Source: an uncultured Christensenella sp. (GTDB lineage: Bacteria; Bacillota; Clostridia; Christensenellales; CAG-917). Taken from it: a stretch of DNA of 64,000 bases. The notes under the pieces are model-generated. The model saw only the letters and a list, made by a program, of their open reading frames with translations, did no database searches and was not told the origin of the DNA. The stretch spans positions 284,557-348,556 of the forward strand of contig CAJTNO010000001.1 of assembly GCA_910577815.1 (NCBI GenBank), read 5' to 3'. The position numbers and the translations under genes were made by a program. The stretch's first letter is position 1, and each line of letters starts with the position of its first letter. Below, piece by piece: positions 36,379 through 43,623 of this stretch.

Positions 36379-37932
36379 ATGTGTAAAAATCACGGACACG
36401 GACGGCTGATAAGCGATATCCGGTCTACGGCGCAAAGAGAGCTTTGCCGCAGACCGGATATTCCCGTTCAAGACGACGGGAGCGTGCGCTCAAGGAGAGC
36501 GGAGCTGAATGAGAAGGACAAAGACAGCCTGCTTGCGCTCGGCGACGCGCTTGCGTATCAGATGAGATATAACGAGGCGCTCGAATATTATGAAAAAGCA
36601 AGGAACGCTTTTCCTAACGATTACGTATGTCACAGAAAATGCGGCGCAAGATATTTATCCGTGCTCGATATAAGCTCGGCGCAAAGAGAATTCCTGTGGT
36701 GCCTGAAACGTACAGATGACGAGCTCGATATACGCTACAGGCTTGCGCTGTGCGCATATTATTCGGGCGATTACGATACTGCGCTCTTGCGCTTCGAGGA
36801 GTGTTACGCACTTTGCAAAAGTAACGGAGAGATGTATGTAGCCGTGCTTTACTGGCATATTCAATGCCTTGTCCGCCTCGGCAGAAGCGTAAAGCCTGCG
36901 CTTGAGATGTGTTGCGACAGGCTTGACTGCGGTCATCATATCGGATATATGCAAACGGTCAGACTGTTTATCTCGGGCGAGGAAAATATCGAAAGCGTCA
37001 TAGAGAATGACGACGAGCTTAATTTAAGCATCTATCGCTATGGATATTATGCGTATCTGCTCTATAACGGACGTAAGGACGAGGCGGCGCGTGAGCTTGA
37101 CGCCGTGCTTGAGCTGAATACCTATTTTTCATCGTTTGCATATCTCGGAGCATATGCCGAAAAGCAAAGACTGTTGAAGCGCGCGACGGAAAAGCTTCGC
37201 ACTTTTTTCAAGGAGCAGAAAAGAATAGCTCTGGCTTTTTCGGGCGGAACGGATTCGGCGTATCTGCTTAGCGAGGCGGTTGACGTAGGCGCGGACTTCA
37301 AAGCTTATTTTGTGCGTACGGGCTTTCAGCCGCAATTTGAATTGGACGACGCAATAAGACTGGCGAAAGAGCTGAAGGCTGATTTTGAAATTATAGAAGT
37401 AAATGCTTTGTCCGATAAGCTGATAACCGCAAACGACGGTGAAAGATGTTATCGCTGTAAGCGCGCAATGCTTGCCGCACTTAAGCAACGGGCGGCTAAT
37501 GACGGATACGAAGTAATTATAGACGGGACAAACGCAAGCGACGATATAAGCGACAGACCCGGATATCGCGCGCTATGCGAGATGGGCGTTTGCTCGCCGC
37601 TACGCGAATGCGGTCTTTCTAAATCCGACGTGCGCGAGCTGTCGAGGAGGCGCGGTCTTTTTACCCGGGATAAGCCCTCGTACTCCTGTCTTGCAACGAG
37701 AATATGCAGGGGGGAGGAGATTACCGCCGAGGCTCTTGAAAGGATAGAGCGCGCAGAAACATTTTTAAATGATATGGGATATTACGATTTTCGGGTAAGA
37801 TATGCGGATAGATGTGCGAAAATCGAAATTAAAAGAGGTCAGAACAATAAATTTCAGACTGAAAAACATAAAATATTCGCCGCCTTGTCGCAGTATTTCG
37901 ACAGAGTGGAGCAAAGCGATATTTTGAGGTGA
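36379..37932 (+). CDS. larE: LarE (ATP-dependent sulfur transferase for the nickel-pincer cofactor) fused to an N-terminal TPR-like domain of about 260 aa
   Basis: C-terminal half has the PP-loop ALAFSGGTDSAYL, ERCYRCK, IIDGTNASD, SYSCLATR. The N-terminal half is made of repeated helical hairpins (ALAYQMRYNEALEYYEKA...). Confidence 0.8.
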   Translation: MCKNHGHGRLISDIRSTAQRELCRRPDIPVQDDGSVRSRRAELNEKDKDSLLALGDALAYQMRYNEALEYYEKARNAFPNDYVCHRKCGARYLSVLDISSAQREFLWCLKRTDDELDIRYRLALCAYYSGDYDTALLRFEECYALCKSNGEMYVAVLYWHIQCLVRLGRSVKPALEMCCDRLDCGHHIGYMQTVRLFISGEENIESVIENDDELNLSIYRYGYYAYLLYNGRKDEAARELDAVLELNTYFSSFAYLGAYAEKQRLLKRATEKLRTFFKEQKRIALAFSGGTDSAYLLSEAVDVGADFKAYFVRTGFQPQFELDDAIRLAKELKADFEIIEVNALSDKLITANDGERCYRCKRAMLAALKQRAANDGYEVIIDGTNASDDISDRPGYRALCEMGVCSPLRECGLSKSDVRELSRRRGLFTRDKPSYSCLATRICRGEEITAEALERIERAETFLNDMGYYDFRVRYADRCAKIEIKRGQNNKFQTEKHKIFAALSQYFDRVEQSDILR

Positions 37933-37935
37933 ATT

Positions 37936-38697
37936 ATGGACGTAAAGGAGCTGCTTAATAAGTATAAGGACGGAAAGATAACGGAGGAGCAGGCGATTAG
38001 CGCGCTGAAAGCCAAGCCGTTTGAGGATTTGGGCTTTGCAAAGCCCGATTATCACAGGCATTTAAGACAGGGCGAGAACGAGGTCATATACGGCGAAGGC
38101 AAAACAGCTGCGCAGATTGCGGGTATCGTACAAAATATGACCGCTCACGGTATTAAAAATATCCTTATCACAAGAGTTTCCCCGGAAAAATATGCGGAGA
38201 TTTCAGACAGTATAAACGCCGTTTATTATGATACGGCGCGGATTGCGGTTGCGAATCCCGAAAACGTCGAGCGTATCGGCAGCGTTGCAATAGTCAGCGG
38301 AGGGACAAGCGATATTCCCGTTTGCGAGGAGGCCGCCGTTACTCTCGAAGTCCTGGGAAATAACGTATCGAGAATATACGACGTAGGAGTGAGCGGACTG
38401 CACCGTCTTTTAGCAAGGCTGGACGCGCTTAACGCCGCGGACGTGATTATTGCGGTTGCCGGAATGGAGGGCGCGCTTGCAAGCGTTGTGGGCGGACTTG
38501 CGGATTGCCCCGTTATTGCGGTGCCTACAAGCGTGGGCTACGGAGCTAATTTCGAGGGACTGTCCGCGCTACTTGCTATGCTCAATTCCTGCGCTTCGGG
38601 AGTGTCGGCTGTAAATATAGACAACGGCTTCGGCGCGGGATACCTCGCATCTATGATAAACAAAGCCGTAAACGGAAGAGGGAGGACACGCGCTTGA
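37936..38697 (+). CDS. larB: LarB (pyridinium-3,5-biscarboxylic acid mononucleotide synthase)
   Basis: PurE-like core VAIVSGGTSDIPVCEEA...AGMEGALASVVGGL...VIAVPTSVGYG, with the characteristic N-terminal extension. Confidence 0.85.
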   Translation: MDVKELLNKYKDGKITEEQAISALKAKPFEDLGFAKPDYHRHLRQGENEVIYGEGKTAAQIAGIVQNMTAHGIKNILITRVSPEKYAEISDSINAVYYDTARIAVANPENVERIGSVAIVSGGTSDIPVCEEAAVTLEVLGNNVSRIYDVGVSGLHRLLARLDALNAADVIIAVAGMEGALASVVGGLADCPVIAVPTSVGYGANFEGLSALLAMLNSCASGVSAVNIDNGFGAGYLASMINKAVNGRGRTRA

Positions 38698-39476
38698 AAA
38701 CAGTTATGTACGTTGATTGTACACGGGGTATAGCCTCCGATATGTTTGTTGCGGCGCTTCTCGACTGCTTTGAAGATAAGGAGGCGGTTTTGCGCGAATT
38801 GCAGCTTAATATATGCAATAATATGAGTTTAACGGTCGAATGTGCCAAGAGTTATGAAAGGACGGGCTTATTGTTTACGGCAAAAGATAATACATATAAG
38901 AGCGTAAACGGGATAAATGCGCATTGCGCTCACTCGCACAGCGATTTAACGGACGTGCATAGCTTTATTGACGGAACGACCTTTTCACAGAATGTAAAGA
39001 ATGCCGCTAAAGGTGTGTATGATATTATCGCTCAAGCCGAGGCGGAGGCGCACGGAGCTACGGTTGACAGTGTACATTTTCACGAGGTCGGACAAAAGCG
39101 CGCGGTTGCGTGCATAGTCTGCGCGTGCGCTTTGGTCGATAAGTTGAACGCGGACAGAGTTGTTTTCTCGGGCATAAACGCGGGCTACGGAAAGGTCATC
39201 TGCGCGCACGGGGAGGTTGACGTTCCCGCGCCTGCTACGGCGGCCATTTTGAAAAGAGGTATTCCGCATTTTTATATTGACGCGGTCGGCGGAGAGCTTT
39301 GCACGCCTACCGGCGCGGCGCTGGCAAAATATTTTGCTTCGTCGTTTGTTGCGCAAACGGGACTCTCGGAGTTTGCGGATATGCTTCCGACTGCCGCGGT
39401 CGCGCGCGGCGTAGGTCTCGGACGTAGAGATATCGGTATCGCAAACGGCGTTACCGTCACTCTCGCGGGGGAGTGA
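38694..39476 (+). CDS. larC: LarC N-terminal (LarC1-like) nickel-insertion protein, 260 aa
   Basis: DUF111 pattern: MYVDCTRGIASDMFVAALLD, HFHEVG, ELCTPTGAALAKYF. Ends after about 260 aa and is followed by a hairpin at 39509-39537. Confidence 0.75.
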   Translation: MKTVMYVDCTRGIASDMFVAALLDCFEDKEAVLRELQLNICNNMSLTVECAKSYERTGLLFTAKDNTYKSVNGINAHCAHSHSDLTDVHSFIDGTTFSQNVKNAAKGVYDIIAQAEAEAHGATVDSVHFHEVGQKRAVACIVCACALVDKLNADRVVFSGINAGYGKVICAHGEVDVPAPATAAILKRGIPHFYIDAVGGELCTPTGAALAKYFASSFVAQTGLSEFADMLPTAAVARGVGLGRRDIGIANGVTVTLAGE

Positions 39477-39679
39477 GATATGTTTTAATGCGGTAACTGC
39501 GCGAGTTCAAAATCCGTCGGATTATCGGCGGATTTTGTCGTTTTATTTATTTGAGCGGCGTTCGGGGAGGTGATGTGCGTCTTAATTCAGACCGTAAGTA
39601 AGTTTAAATAAATATTTATAGAGGAAATGAACAAAATATCGTGTATGCTATTAGCAATACTCAAAAGAAGGTGAATTTT

Positions 39680-40582
39680 ATGAAAGTACAAGATTGGGCT
39701 AACGAGTGGCTTGCCGTTTACATCAAAAATAGGGTGAAAAACAGAACCTATCAGAAGTATCAGCAGGTCCTTACTTCACACGTTTTGCCGCAAATCGGCG
39801 ATAAGGAGCTGAATAACGTCAGAGCGCACGATATTCAGCAGCTTATATACGTCGAACTGCTGGAAAACAAGAAACTCGCCGGAAATACCATAAACATCGC
39901 GCTTGCGGTGTGTAAGGGCTTATTCTCAAGCGCGGAGGACGCCGAGATTATCCCCAAAAATCCCTGCGCAAGAATTAAAAGGGTGTCCGTCGAGGAAAAA
40001 AATATCGAGGTCTTTACCGTCCGCGAACAGCATAGGCTTGAATGCGGCGTAAGAGAGGACGGCAGACTCAGAATGTTCGGAATTTTAATCAGTCTTTATA
40101 CCGGACTGCGTCTGGGCGAGCTGCTTGCTCTTACCTGGGACGACGTCGATTTTCAGCGAGGTACGCTTACCGTCAATAAAACCAAGGTGTCGCAATCGGA
40201 CGCGGAAACAGGCTACACCTCGCCTAAGACAAAGGCGTCTACAAGAACTATTCCCATTCCTCCAAACGTCATAGCTTTGCTTAAGCTTATGAAAAGGCAC
40301 AGCACCTGCAAATGGGTTGTGGAGTACAACGGAAAACCCATTCACGAGAGGGGCTATCAGGCGCTGTTCGAGAGGCTTCAAAGACGTCTGAATATGCGTC
40401 CGCGCGGATTTCACGCGCTCAGACATACGTTTGCTACACGCGCTATGGAGTGCGGCACCGACTGTAAAACCCTAAGCGAGCTGATGGGGCACTCCAATGC
40501 TATGATTACAATCAACCGCTATACGCACAGTCTTATGGAAACAAAACGCAAGGCAATAAATAAAATCGCGCGCCGCGACTAA
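39680..40582 (+). CDS. Tyrosine recombinase / phage-type integrase
   Basis: N-terminal SAM-like core-binding domain. Catalytic residues in GLRLGELLALTWDDVD, HALRHTFATRA, LMGHSNAMITINRYTH. No partner mobile genes are seen. Confidence 0.85.
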   Translation: MKVQDWANEWLAVYIKNRVKNRTYQKYQQVLTSHVLPQIGDKELNNVRAHDIQQLIYVELLENKKLAGNTINIALAVCKGLFSSAEDAEIIPKNPCARIKRVSVEEKNIEVFTVREQHRLECGVREDGRLRMFGILISLYTGLRLGELLALTWDDVDFQRGTLTVNKTKVSQSDAETGYTSPKTKASTRTIPIPPNVIALLKLMKRHSTCKWVVEYNGKPIHERGYQALFERLQRRLNMRPRGFHALRHTFATRAMECGTDCKTLSELMGHSNAMITINRYTHSLMETKRKAINKIARRD

Positions 40583-40713
40583 GGCGTTGGGATAATGCAA
40601 ATTAGCTATACTCGGGATATGCGGTTATCCCGCCTTTAAGCTCGGCTTAAATTACATCATAAATGAAAAATCCGCGCCGAATATCGGTTAAATTGTCTTT
40701 TACATAAAGCGTG

Positions 40714-40742
40714 TTGCAAATATTTTTACCTTGTATTATAAT
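40714..40742 (+). promoter_or_regulatory. Sigma-A type promoter for nfeD-SPFH
   Basis: TTGCAA (40714-40719), 17 nt, TATAAT (40737-40742). Confidence 0.55.
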
Positions 40743-40759
40743 ATACTTGAGGTGAAGAT

Positions 40760-41215
40760 ATGGAAAACATTATGGTTTGGATTTGGCTTGCCGTAACTGT
40801 TATAGCTATCGTCGTCGAGATTATCACTCCCGAGCTCGTTTCGTTATGGTTTGCAATCGGCGGAATTGTAGGGATTGCTTTTTCATTCATTCCCGGCTTG
40901 CCCTGGTGGGGCGAGATTATTATTTTCGCCGTGCTGTCTATGATACTCCTGCTTTCGCTGCGCCCGGTGCTGTCCAAGTACTTAAAGCGCAAAAGCCTCG
41001 CAACCAACGTCGACAGGCTGATTGGTCAGGATATACGTATGATTACGCAGGCGGATTTCGATAACCTCGGTTCTGCTAAAATCGGCGACGTCGTATGGAG
41101 CGTCAAGTCCGAAAATCAAAGCTCGCTTTTGGCGGACGAGATTGTAAGAATTGTAGCCGTTGACGGAAATAAACTCATTGCCCGTCATATCGAAAACGCG
41201 CAAACAGAAGGTTAA
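40760..41215 (+). CDS. NfeD-family membrane protein
   Basis: 151 aa with N-terminal TM helices and a C-terminal OB-like domain (GDVVWSVKSEN...IVRIVAVDGNKLIA). Precedes an SPFH gene. Confidence 0.8.
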   Translation: MENIMVWIWLAVTVIAIVVEIITPELVSLWFAIGGIVGIAFSFIPGLPWWGEIIIFAVLSMILLLSLRPVLSKYLKRKSLATNVDRLIGQDIRMITQADFDNLGSAKIGDVVWSVKSENQSSLLADEIVRIVAVDGNKLIARHIENAQTEG

Positions 41216-41268
41216 TCGTTCGATTAGAACGCTAGTATACCTATATTTATATTTGGAGGATTATAAAT

Positions 41269-42237
41269 ATGTTAGCAACTATGCTATGCCTTTCGGGCGG
41301 AGCAATCTTCGGAATCGTAATTTCGATTGTAATTTTGGTTCTGATTATCATACTTGCGACCTGTATCAAGGTCGTACGTCAGTCCACTGCCGTCATCGTG
41401 GAAAGATTGGGTAAGTATCACCGTACGCTTACTACCGGCTTCCACGTCATTGCTCCATTTGTGGACCGTACAAGCAAGCCTATCAGCCTTAAGGAAATCG
41501 TCGCGGATTTCAGACCGCAGCCCGTTATCACTAAGGATAACGTCACAATGCAAATAGATACCGTCGTTTATTTTTCGATAACCGACCCCAAGCTCTATAC
41601 TTATGGCGTGGACCGTCCTATCAGTGCAATCGAAAACCTTACCGCTACTACTTTGCGTAACATTGTCGGCGAGCTCGAGCTCGACGAAACGCTGACCTCG
41701 CGCGATACCGTAAACAGCAAGATGCGTATCATCCTCGACGAAGCTACCGACCCGTGGGGAATAAAAATCAACCGCGTCGAGCTTAAGAACATTCTGCCTC
41801 CTAAAGATATTCAGGAAGCAATGGAAAAGCAGATGCGCGCAGAGCGTGAACGCCGTGAAAGCATTCTGAAGGCGGAAGGCGAAAAGAAATCTTCCATTCT
41901 TATTGCGGAAGGCGAAAAGGAAAGTCAAATTCTCCGCGCTCAGGCAGATAAGGAGGCTAAAATTCTTGCGGCAGACGCGGAAAAGCAAGCGCGTATTATG
42001 GCGGCGGAAGCAGAGAAGGCGGCGCTCATTGCAGAGGGCGAAGGTCGCGCTCTGGCAATCGAGCTTATCAACAATGCCAATCCTAACACTCAATACGTAA
42101 CTCTCGAAGGCTTCGAAGCGCTCAAGGTGCTTGCAAACGGACGTTCTACGAAAATTGTGGTTCCCACAGAGATTTCAAACGTCACGGGATTGCTTTCAAG
42201 TCTCAAAGAAACTGTTACGGACGACGCAAATAAATAA
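41269..42237 (+). CDS. SPFH/band-7 (stomatin-like) protein
   Basis: TM anchor, VVRQSTAVIVERLGKYHRTL, ITKDNVTMQIDTVVYF, and a C-terminal Ala/Glu/Lys coiled coil. Confidence 0.88.
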   Translation: MLATMLCLSGGAIFGIVISIVILVLIIILATCIKVVRQSTAVIVERLGKYHRTLTTGFHVIAPFVDRTSKPISLKEIVADFRPQPVITKDNVTMQIDTVVYFSITDPKLYTYGVDRPISAIENLTATTLRNIVGELELDETLTSRDTVNSKMRIILDEATDPWGIKINRVELKNILPPKDIQEAMEKQMRAERERRESILKAEGEKKSSILIAEGEKESQILRAQADKEAKILAADAEKQARIMAAEAEKAALIAEGEGRALAIELINNANPNTQYVTLEGFEALKVLANGRSTKIVVPTEISNVTGLLSSLKETVTDDANK

Positions 42238-42270
42238 GCAAAATTTAATTTGTTTATAATGCAACTATTA

Positions 42271-42299
42271 AAAATCCCAGTTTTACTACTGGGATTTTT
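42271..42299 (+). terminator. Rho-independent terminator after the SPFH gene
   Basis: AAAATCCCAG-ttttacta-CTGGGATTTT followed by T. Confidence 0.8.
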
Positions 42300-42416
42300 A
42301 TATAATTTAATAATAAAAAATTAGCAAATGACGGTTGATAAATTTTAAATTATTCTATTGACATATTTTTGGATTTTGTGTAAATTTAACCTATAAAATC
42401 ATATCTAAGGACTACT

Positions 42417-43575
42417 ATGGCAAAGCTAAAGTATTATTTAAGCGCGACGATTTTAACAGTGTTTGTAACGCTGTTATTTAGCGCGTGTGACGCGTCATCG
42501 TCACAATCGACTTTTACCCCCCCCCCCCCGATATTTTTCATATGATGACTATTTAGGCGCGTTAGAGAACGGTTATAACGGTTCATTTTCGGATTTTTTT
42601 ATTCAGCATAATCAAATTGAACGTATTGAGATTGTCGATGGCAATATTTATGCTTACATAAGAGGAGACGTCGTTGTTAATTTAGGAGAAGCTAATATAA
42701 ATCCGCCGCAGGGTTCTATCTCCGATACGTATTATCTTCATTTATCATTTGACGATACGATGAATTGTTTAAAAAACTTAACATCTTCGGCACCTTATGA
42801 AAGTGTTTTTGAGGAGCCTTTTTTTGCTTACTTAAACGATTTACATAAAAATTACGGTGCTAAGTTCAGTCTATATACCTATCTGGATGTTTTGGAAAAT
42901 GTTACCGATAAATATCAGAAAGAATTAGGTTTGGCAAGCAGTTGGTTAAAATTCGGGATGCATTCTACTTCACATTCCGAAAGATTTAATAAAGCTACAT
43001 ACGAAGACGGATTTAATGCCTGGACTAAATTTGCAAAAAACATTTTTAGAATTACCGGGACATTCCGGTCTATAGACAGAATGCCAAGATTGCACTATTG
43101 GGAGGGGACGGAGGCAGCATTGCAGGGTATGCGCGACGCATTGTGCGGACCTATAGGATTTCTGTCGTCTGAACACGAATGGCCGTCTTATTATCTAACT
43201 CGTGAACAGCATATGTATGCATATAATCACGACCATATAATCGATTATAAAAACGGTTTGACTTTCGTGGCAACCGATATGAGAATTGATTGGTTTATGA
43301 AAGATTATACTTCAAATAACGTGTATAGGAAACCAATTAAATCAAATATTTATGATGAACTTGAGTATCGTTTTTCTAATGTAAATTATGCAAGCACGTT
43401 ATCTTCATATTTAGTTTTCGGTCACGAATGGATGTATTATGACGGTAAAAAAATCACAGAAGAAAGTAAGGTTTGGATAGAAGATATCTGTAGATTTGCC
43501 TACGACCAAAAAATACCTTTTGATTATCCTCAAAATAAGTCTTTTGGCCCGACACCGTATGATATTCATCAATAA
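42417..43575 (+). pseudogene. Lipoprotein with CE4-like (polysaccharide deacetylase-type) motifs, frame-disrupted at a C13 tract (phase-OFF as assembled)
   Basis: ATG 42417 (AAGGA 6 nt upstream) encodes MAKLKYYLSATILTVFVTLLFSAC (lipobox). That frame stops at 42543-42545. The 362-aa body is in the +1 frame and has no credible start of its own. It carries LSFDD (42748-42756) and HSTSH (42961-42975). Confidence 0.7.
42517..42529 (+). repeat. Homopolymeric C13 tract inside a coding region
   Basis: Thirteen consecutive C residues counted in the sequence. 12 or 15 C would join the signal peptide to the body of the protein. Confidence 0.95.
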
Positions 43576-43623
43576 ATTAGGATTAAAAAATTTAGTAATA
43601 AGTTTATGAATGGAGGAAGGATT

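Noticed and set aside
42487-43575. Treating the ORF-track 362-aa ORF as an intact gene starting at GTG 42487.
   Set aside because: That GTG has no RBS and lies inside a perfectly good lipoprotein signal-peptide ORF in another frame. The C13 tract explains the frame switch, so the locus is better described as one gene disrupted at the homopolymer.
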